Source: Candidatus Bathyarchaeia archaeon
GTDB lineage: Archaea > Thermoproteota > Bathyarchaeia > Bathyarchaeales > Bathycorpusculaceae
Direction of reading: 5' to 3'
Assembly (NCBI GenBank): GCA_038883855.1
Contig: JAVZLH010000005.1
Location: forward strand, 1-64,000
DNA length: 64,000 nt
Positions 47,354 to 56,968 of this stretch are shown here, piece by piece. Position 1 is the first letter of the stretch. Each line of letters opens with the position of its first letter. The notes under the pieces were generated by a model. It was not told the DNA's origin. It saw nothing but the letters and a program-made list of their open reading frames with translations, and searched no databases. Both the position numbers and the translations under genes were made by a program.

Positions 47354-48319
47354 TTAGGGCCGGAACCCGCTCAGGATGTTTAACGCTATGGCGGTTGCTA
47401 TTATATCTGCTGTAGTACCAGGATTTAATAAGCTGCCGGACTTCCTCAGTAGCGCGTCAAATTCGCGCAGCTTCTCCCTGCCTGTTGGAGTTGTGAGCCC
47501 ACCTAGCTTCATGACTTCTTCAGCCATGAATGAGACTTCGCGGGCTTTTCCGATGCCGACCTTTCTTGCAATGAAAGTATCTGGGTATTTTGCCAAAACT
47601 TTTAGGAAAGTGTGGACTATAGCCGTGTTTAGGTTTCCATTTTTCTTTATTTCTTCCACTAAGTTTGGATAGGCAAAATCAAATGTTACTGGGTAATTGT
47701 TCACCCACTCGGAACAAACTGTGTCGTAGCTTGCGGCTATTTGAAAAACTTGGTAGAGCGAAACCTTTTCATTGACTATTCTGCTTGTTGAGTCTGGACT
47801 GTTAATGTCAAGATCTGGAGCTTTTCCAAGCCCGCTTGGATTGGCAATTTTTATTGCTTCGTAAACCGCAACAGCATCTTCCGGGGTTGTCGCTTCCACA
47901 GCGAGCTTCAAGTTTTTCCTAAGTTCAGAAAGTTTAAAAATAAATTTCTCATAAGTAGGGGTCATTCCAGCAGCAGCCGCAATTGGAACAAGCAAAATAA
48001 CCGTGCCAAGCAAAGTATTGCCTCCGCTTTGCCAAGCGTTAATGTCTGCAACACAATCGCGTATAATGCTTCCTAAACCAACATCGCTTAGACTTATTTC
48101 TCCATGGGAAACGGCGATTCCCCTTTCTGCAGCAAGCCTAAAATGCGGCGCAGCAGCCACAGCTGAAGCCAAAAAATGCATGTGATTAGTGCCTTCAAAG
48201 CCAGCAACAAAATTCACGTTGCCAGGCTTGTCAGCGCCCACCTCGAAAAGAATCGCCAATTCCAGACACTGTGAAATATGTTCAGCTTTATCACATTGTA
48301 AACTACGCAATTTCAGCAC
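47354..48319 (-). CDS. citG: CitG family (triphosphoribosyl-dephospho-CoA synthase-like) protein
   Basis: 'EVGADKPGNV', 'NTLLG', 'DTFIARK', 'NPGTTAD'. Confidence 0.88.
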   Translation of the reverse strand: MLKLRSLQCDKAEHISQCLELAILFEVGADKPGNVNFVAGFEGTNHMHFLASAVAAAPHFRLAAERGIAVSHGEISLSDVGLGSIIRDCVADINAWQSGGNTLLGTVILLVPIAAAAGMTPTYEKFIFKLSELRKNLKLAVEATTPEDAVAVYEAIKIANPSGLGKAPDLDINSPDSTSRIVNEKVSLYQVFQIAASYDTVCSEWVNNYPVTFDFAYPNLVEEIKKNGNLNTAIVHTFLKVLAKYPDTFIARKVGIGKAREVSFMAEEVMKLGGLTTPTGREKLREFDALLRKSGSLLNPGTTADIIATAIALNILSGFRP

Positions 48320-48396
48320 CTTTTATTATTGTTTTGATGGAAAACCTTATAAATGTTGTGTAAAAAACTACATAGCAATTACCAAAAATACATAAG

Positions 48397-49353
48397 ATGA
48401 GACAAATGAAAATATCGGCACAAGAAATAGCTTTGGCCGCTATCTTCGCAGCTTTATCATGGGTTGTTTCAGAATTTGTTCCCGGAATCCCGATAATAGG
48501 CGCTTCTGGCTCGAGAATCAGTTTTGACGCTGCTTTAGCACCAATTTACGGTGTGATAATAGGCCCTTATCTAGGTTTTTTTGCAGCGTTAATAGGAGGA
48601 TTAGCTGCTGCTGGAAGCCTATTTACAATTTTAACATCTTTTTGCACAGGCATTTCAGCGTTCGTGGCAGGGATGTTAACGAAACAGAACGATAAGGGTG
48701 GAAAATTTAGAGGGTGGATTTTCTCAGCTATTGTCATCACTTTGCTTCTCGTTGGATGGTATTCTACAGAAGTTGGACGGATTGCGTATTTCTATCCCAT
48801 TCCACACATAGCAGGTTTGTTAATAGTGTTAGTTGCAAGAGGATGGATTGCAAACAATATGCAAAAAGAGGAAAATGTTTCTGCACAAAAGCAGTTTAAT
48901 TCACAATCCTTTGGTTGGGGAGCAATCTGCCTAATCATCGGAACCGTATGCTACTTTGCATTCCTAGATTTAGCAAACATTACAGGGAACTTGATGGTCC
49001 TTGGAGTTCTCCCATTTCTGGCCTACGCGATGTTAATTGTTGGAGCTTTTTCCATCATCTACGGAATCTTCAGCTGGATTAAGCCGGGTTTTGTAACGGC
49101 CGTGGCTTTGGCTTGTTATTGCGGTATAATTGCAGACCACATGCTTGGAAATTTGATATTTCTCAGCATGATAGGTGTTGTTGCTCCGCCATTACAAGAT
49201 GCACCAAGCGAGGTTATAGCAGGCATTTTCATGTCTGTCCTTCCAGTATCGGTTGTGGAAAGAACGCTTTTTACGGCTATTGCCACAACTATTGGAATAG
49301 CGCTTTTGCCTACTTTACGTAAAACTGGTCTTTTACAACGAAAGACACAATAG
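48397..49353 (+). CDS. Extended ECF transporter S component
   Basis: 'EIALAAIFAAL...APIYGVIIGPYLG' N-terminus and 'VERTLFTAIAT.IG' C-terminus; longer than usual, with extra TM helices. Confidence 0.7.
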   Translation: MRQMKISAQEIALAAIFAALSWVVSEFVPGIPIIGASGSRISFDAALAPIYGVIIGPYLGFFAALIGGLAAAGSLFTILTSFCTGISAFVAGMLTKQNDKGGKFRGWIFSAIVITLLLVGWYSTEVGRIAYFYPIPHIAGLLIVLVARGWIANNMQKEENVSAQKQFNSQSFGWGAICLIIGTVCYFAFLDLANITGNLMVLGVLPFLAYAMLIVGAFSIIYGIFSWIKPGFVTAVALACYCGIIADHMLGNLIFLSMIGVVAPPLQDAPSEVIAGIFMSVLPVSVVERTLFTAIATTIGIALLPTLRKTGLLQRKTQ

Positions 49354-49384
49354 AACATTCAACGCCATTTTAAAATGATGGCTT

Positions 49385-50404
49385 ATGAGGAAGTTTAGAG
49401 AAGGAGACCTCATAAAATCCGTTGAGGACATAATCTTTGACGTTAAGGGATTGGTCCATCCGCCAAACAAAGTGATTGCCTTTCCACGTTTTATTCCAGA
49501 TTTTAGAGGAAATCGCTACTTCAAAGATGTGAGTTATAGAAAAGTTTACGGCCTATCGGAGCGCTTTGAATTTCTGAAGCAAAATCACCCCAATTACATC
49601 GTTTATGATGATGTTTTTGACGAAACACTTTGCGAAATTCCAACATGTAATGTGAAACATCACTACAACCCAATAGAACGCCTAAGAGAACTAGGAAACA
49701 GCCAAGGTTTAGACGAACTAGAAAATGTCGCTTTAGAACTTTTCAAAGTCTTAAGAAACTCTGCAAATATTTCTTGGGGCAGTATGGGGATTTCAGGTTC
49801 ACTTTTGGTTAAGTTGCACACGCCCAACTCTGACATTGACCCTGTTGTTTATGGTTCTGAAAACTGTCGGAAGGTTTATGCAGTTTTGCGTGAACTTTTG
49901 AAGACTCAAGAGACTCCCTTCAAACCCTATAACCGAGAAGATTTGCGTGTTTTGTTCGATTTCCGTTCGAAAGACACTTTCATGAGTTTCGAGGATTTCG
50001 TCGCCGTCGAATCTAGGAAGGTTTTACAAGGCAAATTCATGGAGAGAGACTATTTCATACGTTTTGTGAAGGACTGGAACGAGATAGGTGAGAAGTATGG
50101 CGATGTATGCTACAAAAATTGTGGTTACATGAAGATTAAGGCCACTGTCATTGACGATTCTGAATCCATATTCACGCCGTGCACATACAAAATTGAAAAA
50201 GTAAAAATTGTTAAAGGACCAAAACTTCAGCCAGTAGAGGAGATAAGCTCCTTCAGAGGAAGGTTCTGTGAACAAGCAAAAAACGGCGAAACAGTTGTTG
50301 CGCAGGGAAAACTTGAGCACGTAGCTGACAAAAGGCAAAATCGCGAATACTTTAGGCTTCTTTTAGGCGGAAAAACCTCAGACTACATGGTTCTCAAACG
50401 ATAA
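49385..50404 (+). CDS. Predicted Pol-beta superfamily nucleotidyltransferase (COG1665-like), paralog A
   Basis: 'EGD...IFDVKGLVHPP', 'GISGSLL...SDIDPVVYG', C-terminal 'EQAKNGE.V...GKLE'. Confidence 0.8.
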   Translation: MRKFREGDLIKSVEDIIFDVKGLVHPPNKVIAFPRFIPDFRGNRYFKDVSYRKVYGLSERFEFLKQNHPNYIVYDDVFDETLCEIPTCNVKHHYNPIERLRELGNSQGLDELENVALELFKVLRNSANISWGSMGISGSLLVKLHTPNSDIDPVVYGSENCRKVYAVLRELLKTQETPFKPYNREDLRVLFDFRSKDTFMSFEDFVAVESRKVLQGKFMERDYFIRFVKDWNEIGEKYGDVCYKNCGYMKIKATVIDDSESIFTPCTYKIEKVKIVKGPKLQPVEEISSFRGRFCEQAKNGETVVAQGKLEHVADKRQNREYFRLLLGGKTSDYMVLKR

Positions 50405-50763
50405 CTGAAATAAGGAATCTCTTCTTTCACATCGACTGTGAAACCCAAATCTATTAGAAAGTCTTTAACTTTATGGGTATAAGCGGAATGGGCACCGTAT
50501 GAAACCCCAGCAAGCCCTACTCCACCAGCACACGAAATAATTTCGATTTCTGTCCCCTCAACTGAACGCTCTTCCAAAATGATTAAAACTGCAACATCGC
50601 TATTAACTCTGAAGAAATATTCCTCGCCTAAAATAATTCCTTTGGATGGTTCACGGCTTTCGCCAAACTTTTTGGCATAGAGGTTACCGAAGGCTTTGCT
50701 TAAGACTTCGAAAATGTTTTCGAGAGAGCCTTTAACAACACATTTTAGGTAATGAGATGGCAT
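50383..50763 (-). CDS. Hypothetical protein (DUF6054-like)
   Basis: 'EEYFFRVNSDV...IIS.AGG.G' pattern; 126 aa; co-oriented with paralogs B and C. Confidence 0.55.
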   Translation of the reverse strand: MPSHYLKCVVKGSLENIFEVLSKAFGNLYAKKFGESREPSKGIILGEEYFFRVNSDVAVLIILEERSVEGTEIEIISCAGGVGLAGVSYGAHSAYTHKVKDFLIDLGFTVDVKEEIPYFSYRLRTM

Positions 50764-50778
50764 GAAACATCCCCACTA

Positions 50779-51855
50779 TTATTTTGTTACATTTAGGCTT
50801 TTAATAACTTGCTCGTAATATCTTGGTCCATAGGTCAAGGTTATTTGATGGAAACTTCCGCGCTGGGTTTCTACTTCTTCAAGGTTGCCTTCAACATAGA
50901 TTTTTTCGTCTTTCCACGCTTGCATCCTAAACTCTTCAAGATAAGAAACGACCTGTTCGATGTTGTCTACTTTTGGGCTTTCCAAAAGCTCCAGAACTTC
51001 TATCTGATAAACCGAAGGCATGAAAGGACTTTCCACATCGTTTTTTACGCGTGCTAGGGCTTTGACCCATCCCTTCCAAACAACCCTTTTAATTTTTCCA
51101 TACTCGTTTTGGATTTCATTCCATTCCTTAACGGGTTCAAACTCAACTTTTACGGTTCGTTTTGAAAGCTTGTCGTGGAAAACTGCGTAAATGGTTTTTC
51201 TTTTCTGGTGCCAAACATACTCTTTTGGGCTTATGTTTTTGAAACGCCAAGTTTTTCCTCTAACTGGCTCGTCGCTTTCGAACTCGTTTTTCAATGGGGA
51301 ACTGCTGTCTTTGTATAATTCTTGCAGAGTTTCGCGTATTTTAGCTATGTTTTGCCTTCCATAAACAATTAGGTCAATGTCCGAGTATTTCGGGTGATAA
51401 AATCCATGCAATAAAGAGCCAAAAACGCCGAAGCCCCCCAAAGATAAGCCAACGCGTTCATTTACAATGTCAAGAACTTTTCGTGTGGAAGCCAACAGCT
51501 CGTCTTTTGGCTCTCTTTCGAAAAGTCTTTTGAGCTTCTCTTCTGGTTTTCGCGCTTCCACTATGTTGGAGCATTTGACGCCTATAACCTTTTTATTGAG
51601 TGGTTTATGGAAAATCATGTGTTGGGGATAATTCTTTTCCAGAAACTTCCAGCCTTCATCCTCGTAAAACTTGTAGAAAACGTGTTCGCCGTTTGTTCTG
51701 AAGGCTTTCGGGTTTGTTGAAGCGAATATTTCTGCTGATGCGTATTCGGCGTCGCAAATGTAACCCTCAGGCGGGTGGGCGTATCCGAAAACTCGGAAGA
51801 TTAAGCCTTCGCCGGTTACTATTGCATCTCGGTCTCTAAGCCTTAGAAAAGCCAA
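50779..51855 (-). CDS. Predicted nucleotidyltransferase (COG1665-like), paralog B
   Basis: 'DRD...[14 protein letters not shown]', 'GVFGSLL...SDIDLIVYG', 'MQAWKDE.I...GNLE'. Confidence 0.8.
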   Translation of the reverse strand: MAFLRLRDRDAIVTGEGLIFRVFGYAHPPEGYICDAEYASAEIFASTNPKAFRTNGEHVFYKFYEDEGWKFLEKNYPQHMIFHKPLNKKVIGVKCSNIVEARKPEEKLKRLFEREPKDELLASTRKVLDIVNERVGLSLGGFGVFGSLLHGFYHPKYSDIDLIVYGRQNIAKIRETLQELYKDSSSPLKNEFESDEPVRGKTWRFKNISPKEYVWHQKRKTIYAVFHDKLSKRTVKVEFEPVKEWNEIQNEYGKIKRVVWKGWVKALARVKNDVESPFMPSVYQIEVLELLESPKVDNIEQVVSYLEEFRMQAWKDEKIYVEGNLEEVETQRGSFHQITLTYGPRYYEQVIKSLNVTK

Positions 51856-52871
51856 ATGTATTCTTCCTCATGGACTCCTGTTCCCACAACAACTTGACAG
51901 TGGCTTTCGCCTGTTTCAACGTTTTCGACATGTTCAAGCATGCCCGAAACACAAATTTTATCGCCTTTCTTTGCAACGTTTCTGTAGCATCCAATCATTG
52001 AAACTACTGTTTCTGGAGTTTCCTCTTTGGGCAGGTTTGAGGACTGATTGGAAGGCGTGTAGCCTTTAATTTTGTAGATTGCTGGCCGAAACATGGCTTC
52101 GCTGTCGTCCTTAACTGTGCAGATAAACTTAACGGGTTTAAGTGGTTTAAACTTGTAAATGCCATATTTAGAGCTTATTTCTTCTAGTTTGCGAACAGCG
52201 TTATACATGAAAATTTTGCCTTTAAAACGCCCCTTGAATTTTCTCGCGGCGTCCAAACGATTATTGAAGACGTAGCTTAACGTGCCAGCTTCAACAAGCT
52301 TCTGTATAGTTTGTTCTAGTTTTCGGAAGTTTCTTGAACCGTAAACCACTATGTCTATGTCAGACTCGATTGTGTGCATGTTCAAGGCAATGGAGCCGTG
52401 AACCCCAAAATCTTCGAATGGAATGTTTGACTCGCTGGAAAGCAAATTAATGAACTCCAAGGTTAACTTCTGCAAACTGTCCTTTCGTTTGCGTTTGGCG
52501 ATTAGATTTAGGCATTCTTTTGGAACGTAAACTTCTTTAATGGAGTTTAAGGGTGCGCTAATCACCTCTTTTTCCCTAAAAGGACAAAAATAAACGTAGT
52601 TTGGAAAGTTTTTCTTGAAGGTTTCAATGAACCTTTTATAGTTTTGTGCAGTATAAAGTTTCTCCGCGCGAAAAAGCTTCAATCGCCCTAAATTCCATGT
52701 TCTTTCAAGGTAATCGATCTGGAAAAGCGCCTTAAAACTTGACGGGATATATTTTAGGAATGCGAAAACGCGGTTTTCTGGATGTTCATATCCGAAAACG
52801 TTGAATATGAAGCCTTCTTTTGTTAGGAAGGTATCGCCGTCTACTGGAACCCATTGTTTGAGAGTCGTAAT
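51843..52871 (-). CDS. Predicted nucleotidyltransferase (COG1665-like), paralog C (start likely ATT at 52871)
   Basis: '[21 protein letters not shown]' lies upstream of the listed TTG; 'GVHGSIA...SDIDIVVYG'; 'NVAKKGD.I...GMLE'. Confidence 0.8.
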   Translation of the reverse strand: MTTLKQWVPVDGDTFLTKEGFIFNVFGYEHPENRVFAFLKYIPSSFKALFQIDYLERTWNLGRLKLFRAEKLYTAQNYKRFIETFKKNFPNYVYFCPFREKEVISAPLNSIKEVYVPKECLNLIAKRKRKDSLQKLTLEFINLLSSESNIPFEDFGVHGSIALNMHTIESDIDIVVYGSRNFRKLEQTIQKLVEAGTLSYVFNNRLDAARKFKGRFKGKIFMYNAVRKLEEISSKYGIYKFKPLKPVKFICTVKDDSEAMFRPAIYKIKGYTPSNQSSNLPKEETPETVVSMIGCYRNVAKKGDKICVSGMLEHVENVETGESHCQVVVGTGVHEEEYIWLF

Positions 52872-52965
52872 TGAACACCGCGATAGAGTGAAGATTTAGG
52901 ATGTTAAAAACCTATTGCCACGCAAAAGGCATAAGGCTTAAAATTCTATACTGAGAATAGGGCAT

Positions 52966-53451
52966 ATGCAAGTGAGCAGTTTGAGCGAACATTTACATCC
53001 ATATGTAGTTTTTCTTCCGCCAGAACAGAAAAGTAAAATATTAAGCGCCATATTCGGCTCAAAAGCCGCCGTTGACATACTGAAATTTTCGCTCGCTCAA
53101 GGAATTTCAAATAAAATCTATCAAAAAGACCTTGTTAGGAAACTTGCCTACTCAAACAAGACAATAATTGAAACGTTGAAATCCTTAACCACGCTTGGAA
53201 TTTTGGCGGAAGCCATGGAGAAAATGGAGAAAGAGGGACGAACAACATGGGTTAAGGCTTATCAGCTTTCGGACACTGGCAGATGGTTTGCTCTGCTGTT
53301 GGCGGAGGAAAAAGACTTGTCAGACGAAGAGAAGGCGGAAATACTGCAAAACATTTTCAGAAAGTATATTAAGTGGGTTAAAGACCTTTCCAAAAGGCTT
53401 AATGTAGATAAAAAAGTGTTAGAAAAAATCTTCAAAGAAGAAATAGTGTAG
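52966..53451 (+). CDS. Winged-helix DNA-binding protein (putative regulator)
   Basis: 'IYQKDLVRKLAYSNKTIIETLKSL...GIL...YQLSDTGRW' fits a wHTH pattern. Confidence 0.65.
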   Translation: MQVSSLSEHLHPYVVFLPPEQKSKILSAIFGSKAAVDILKFSLAQGISNKIYQKDLVRKLAYSNKTIIETLKSLTTLGILAEAMEKMEKEGRTTWVKAYQLSDTGRWFALLLAEEKDLSDEEKAEILQNIFRKYIKWVKDLSKRLNVDKKVLEKIFKEEIV

Positions 53452-53461
53452 AAGAGGTATA

Positions 53462-53992
53462 ATGTTGAAGACAAAAACAATTGCCGTGGTTGGAAGCAAG
53501 AGTTCAGGCAAGACAACAACGATAGAAGTTCTCACAAAGGGATTAACAAACCTAGGCTACAAAGTTGCTGCAGTCAAACACATTTCCGAGTCCAACTTCA
53601 CAATAGACACGGAGGGAAAGGACACTTGGAGGTTCGCCCAGTCTGGAGCAAAAACAATTGTCAGCGTATCATCTAAAGAAATAGCTGTAATAGAAAAAGT
53701 CAACGAAGAAATCCTACGATTAAAAGATATCCTCAAAAAATGTAGGGGGAACGACGTAATTTTCCTAGAGGGCTTCAGAAAACTTTTAGGCAAAAAAGGG
53801 GACATACCGAAAATTGTTGTTGTAAAATCTGGAGAAGAAGCCCGCGGAGCTACAGAACTGTTTAAGCCAATTTTGGTTTTTGCCGGCGTCAGTACAATTG
53901 AAAAACTTGATTTGGAAATCCCCTACGTGAATGTATTAGAAAACCCGGAAAAAATTGTGGGAATTGTTAAAGATTTCTTGAGAAAAAGTTAA
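53462..53992 (+). CDS. mobB: Molybdopterin-guanine dinucleotide biosynthesis protein B
   Basis: 'VVGSKSSGKTT', 'VKH', 'DTEGKDTWRFAQSGA', 'LEGF'. Confidence 0.92.
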   Translation: MLKTKTIAVVGSKSSGKTTTIEVLTKGLTNLGYKVAAVKHISESNFTIDTEGKDTWRFAQSGAKTIVSVSSKEIAVIEKVNEEILRLKDILKKCRGNDVIFLEGFRKLLGKKGDIPKIVVVKSGEEARGATELFKPILVFAGVSTIEKLDLEIPYVNVLENPEKIVGIVKDFLRKS

Positions 53993-54002
53993 AAAGGATT
54001 TT

Positions 54003-54089
54003 CTGGGTTGTGGGGTTTGGAGATATGTTTAGAGGGGGAGAAAGGAGAGTTTCAAAAAATAACATTTTTCTCCAAACCTTTCCACCCAG
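54003..54089. repeat. Long imperfect inverted repeat between convergent mobB and cdvC
   Basis: CTGGGT..TGG.GGTTTGGAGA.ATGTT pairs with AACAT...TCTCCAAACC...CCACCCAG, enclosing a purine/pyrimidine tract. Confidence 0.6.
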
Positions 54090-55268
54090 TTAGAGAGCCT
54101 TAAAGGCTTCAAACCACCTGTTGTAGAGGGCTAGCATGTCAAGCGAGACGCTTGGTTTTCTTTCCTCGAGTATCTGCCTGAAATCGTCCATTCTGAGGGG
54201 CCTCGGCTTCGCTGTTTTGTTGGTTGCTTGACCAGACTCGAAAAATTCTCCTATAAGCTTCAAGTGGGCTGACTGGCAGACGTCCCTTATGTCGCTTCCT
54301 GAGAAGCCTTCTGAAAGCCGTGCTAGTTCGTGAAGGTCAACATCTGGGGCGAGTTGAAGGTTGCTTGTGTAAAGTTTGAACATCATCAGGCGAGTGTGGT
54401 GGTCTGGAAGTGGCACCAAGATTCTCTTTTGGAACCTTCTGATGAAAGCCCAGTCCAGATCCCAAGGCTTATTTGTCGCTCCAATAACGTAAACGTGAAG
54501 TTTCTTCCCCTTGTCAACAATGCCATCCATCTCCTTCAAAAACTGGTTGCGGACACGAACCTCTCCGCCAACCTCGTTAGAATGTTTTCCCATTAGAGAA
54601 TCCAGCTCATCAATGAAAACTATTGCTGGCTTCCCCTCACTGGCAGACTTCCTAACTGAACCAAAAAGCCTGGCAACATTCTGCTCCGCTTCCCCGAGCC
54701 ACTTAGACATTATAGAAGCCGCATCAACAGAAATAAAAGTAGCATCTATCTCAGTGGCAACGGCAGCAGCCAGCAAAGTCTTCCCACATCCGGGAGGCCC
54801 GAACAAAAGTATGCCTCTGGGCCAGCCAAGCGGGAACAAGTCTGGTCTCTGAACTGGATAGACTATGGCTTCTTTCACAGCCCTTTTTGCTGATTCAAGC
54901 CCTATAACTTCTTCCCACTTAACATTTGGTTTTTCTGTCACTATTAACTCTTCATAACTTGATTTTTCATTTTGTGTTGCGGTTTCCTTTTCAGAACTTT
55001 TGTTAGCATTATCCATTTTTGGTTCGAAAGAGGCAACGGATCCTTGCAGCACCTTTATTCTCTCTTGGTAGGCGATCGCCCTTTGTATGTAAACTTTGTT
55101 TAGGCTGTATTCGGGATACAATTGAACAAGCCGCAAGAGGGTTTCTATCGCCTTTTGATACATAGTTATAGCCATGCCCTTTGCTCCTTGCTTATCCAAA
55201 CGGACTGCTTCTAGGGCATAGTTTGTGGCAGCTTTCTCAAGTTCTTGGGAGGCGCTCATAATTCTCAC
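54090..55268 (-). CDS. cdvC: Vps4/CdvC AAA+ ATPase
   Basis: N-terminal MIT domain 'ALEAVRLDKQG..AITMYQKAI', 'GWPRGILLFGPPGCGKT', 'FIDELD', 'GATNKPW', 'RRFQKRI'. Confidence 0.95.
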   Translation of the reverse strand: MRIMSASQELEKAATNYALEAVRLDKQGAKGMAITMYQKAIETLLRLVQLYPEYSLNKVYIQRAIAYQERIKVLQGSVASFEPKMDNANKSSEKETATQNEKSSYEELIVTEKPNVKWEEVIGLESAKRAVKEAIVYPVQRPDLFPLGWPRGILLFGPPGCGKTLLAAAVATEIDATFISVDAASIMSKWLGEAEQNVARLFGSVRKSASEGKPAIVFIDELDSLMGKHSNEVGGEVRVRNQFLKEMDGIVDKGKKLHVYVIGATNKPWDLDWAFIRRFQKRILVPLPDHHTRLMMFKLYTSNLQLAPDVDLHELARLSEGFSGSDIRDVCQSAHLKLIGEFFESGQATNKTAKPRPLRMDDFRQILEERKPSVSLDMLALYNRWFEAFKAL

Positions 55269-56167
55269 CTCGAACTCTTTTTCAACTCAATCTTTACTTT
55301 TCCCTTGGAAGCCAAACTTTCAAGAGCTTTTTCAACTTCTAAACGCGGAATCTTTAAATCATCCGAACAACGGGTTATGTCGATTTCACCATCACTTTTC
55401 CTAACATACTCGAGAAGCACATCTTCCAATGATGGCTTCTCAACTTTTAACGAAATTTCCTGAATCTCAGCCTTTTTATAAGAAAGGAGGGTTGTGGAGG
55501 GTTCTCTGCCAATTTCTTCAACCGTTTCAAATCCAGTTGCTTGCGAGTTGCTTGCCGCTAGGGCCACAAGTTCCTTCAGCGTTGTTGGTTCAGGCTCTTT
55601 TAACGGTTGAGCGGCGGGCGGTTCAGGAAGTTCTTCAGTTAACTTTTGTTCAAGGAATGAGGAAACCTCTTTTAGAATCTCTTCTCCTCCGGGCGTTTTC
55701 ATGCCAACCGGAATTACAGACTCGTTTGTTGTTATTTTTGTTGAATACAAAGTTTCGCTTATTGCTTCGTTAACCTTTTCTAGTTCTGAAGAAACATCTG
55801 GCAGAATTTGGAAAAGCTCTTGTGAAACCCCTTGAAGAAGTTTTAATGCTGGTTTAAGGTCGATGACTATGTCGCCTAATTCCTTTATTGTTTCAAGTCT
55901 TAGGATTACGCGTTCAATAGCTAACTCTACATTGTAAAGAAACTTTATTAATTTGCGGATTTCGGCAATTTCACTTGCGAATATTGCTGCTCTTTCTTTG
56001 TTGTTGTCCTTCAGCGAAGTTACACATGTTCGGAAAAGAATCTTGTCTCTTTCTTTAAGTCTAAAAGTGGCTTGCTCAATTTTGCTCTGTTGAAGTTTAA
56101 GTGTATGCATTGACTTGGTGACTATTTCGCGGAGTGGTGGAGGATTTGGACGAGTGAAGATTTTGAT
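55265..56167 (-). CDS. cdvB: ESCRT-III CdvB with C-terminal winged helix (start likely ATC at 56161 or 56167)
   Basis: Snf7-like core 'RAAIFASEIAEIRK...ERVILRLET', MIM2-like 'ELPEPP', wH 'LLEYVRKSDGEIDI..C...VEKALESL..KGKV'. Confidence 0.88.
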   Translation of the reverse strand: MKIFTRPNPPPLREIVTKSMHTLKLQQSKIEQATFRLKERDKILFRTCVTSLKDNNKERAAIFASEIAEIRKLIKFLYNVELAIERVILRLETIKELGDIVIDLKPALKLLQGVSQELFQILPDVSSELEKVNEAISETLYSTKITTNESVIPVGMKTPGGEEILKEVSSFLEQKLTEELPEPPAAQPLKEPEPTTLKELVALAASNSQATGFETVEEIGREPSTTLLSYKKAEIQEISLKVEKPSLEDVLLEYVRKSDGEIDITRCSDDLKIPRLEVEKALESLASKGKVKIELKKSSR

Positions 56168-56199
56168 TTTCCTCCCCTCCGCCCGCCACCATTTTTAGT

Positions 56200-56952
56200 T
56201 TAAATCCCTGCTTTGCCTATTTCCTTCACGTAAACGACAACCGGGGGTTCAGGAAGATCTGGAACATAGGGGTTATCTGACTTTGCCTCTTTTATCTCTG
56301 CTTCCCGAATTTCTGTTTTCTGCACTTCTGGCCCAGGTTCTTTTACACTATCATCACCCAACAGCATGTTTGAAAGCTTGTTTTTGGTGGTTTCTAAATC
56401 GCTTTTCTCCTTGTTAACGCGCTTAAGATTTTCTTGTATGATGTGGAAGGCTTTCTGGTAGGAGTCATCGTCGATTTTGCCTATTTCATGCTCGATTTCA
56501 AGGTTTACCAACGCGTAGTTAAGCATCTTAACCTCTTCATTGCATCTTACAATCTCCTTATCGATTTGCTCCATCAAGGTTCGTGTATCATTCTTAAGCT
56601 GTGTTAGTACCCCTTCAAAGCTGCTGTGAAGTTCTTGATAAAGTTCAGAGGAAATTTTATTTTTGTCTACCAAATCTTTGAGGACTTGGTCTTTCCTCCA
56701 TATTAAGGGTATTTGATCGCAGAGCACATTTGCTTTTGATTTAACTAATGATGTAAGTGTTACTTCTCCACCGTTAAATTGCAGATTTTCTAGGGAGTAT
56801 TTCGAAAATTTACCGTCAGTTTGTTCAATGAATGCGGCGTCTATCTTCCCGTTTGGTGTTACGGCGAAAGATGCTATTTTGCCCACTATACGGCCGTATT
56901 CGTCTTTAATTTCTTTCCCAACTGAAAAAAAGGGATTGGAGTTTTCTTGCAT
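56200..56952 (-). CDS. cdvA: Cell division protein CdvA
   Basis: PRC-barrel start 'GKEIKDEYGRIVG', coiled coil with 'LEIEHEIGKID...Y', C-terminal beta-strand 'PVVVYV'; located between two cdvB genes. Confidence 0.88.
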   Translation of the reverse strand: MQENSNPFFSVGKEIKDEYGRIVGKIASFAVTPNGKIDAAFIEQTDGKFSKYSLENLQFNGGEVTLTSLVKSKANVLCDQIPLIWRKDQVLKDLVDKNKISSELYQELHSSFEGVLTQLKNDTRTLMEQIDKEIVRCNEEVKMLNYALVNLEIEHEIGKIDDDSYQKAFHIIQENLKRVNKEKSDLETTKNKLSNMLLGDDSVKEPGPEVQKTEIREAEIKEAKSDNPYVPDLPEPPVVVYVKEIGKAGI

Positions 56953-56968
56953 GTTTTCTCCCCCAAGT

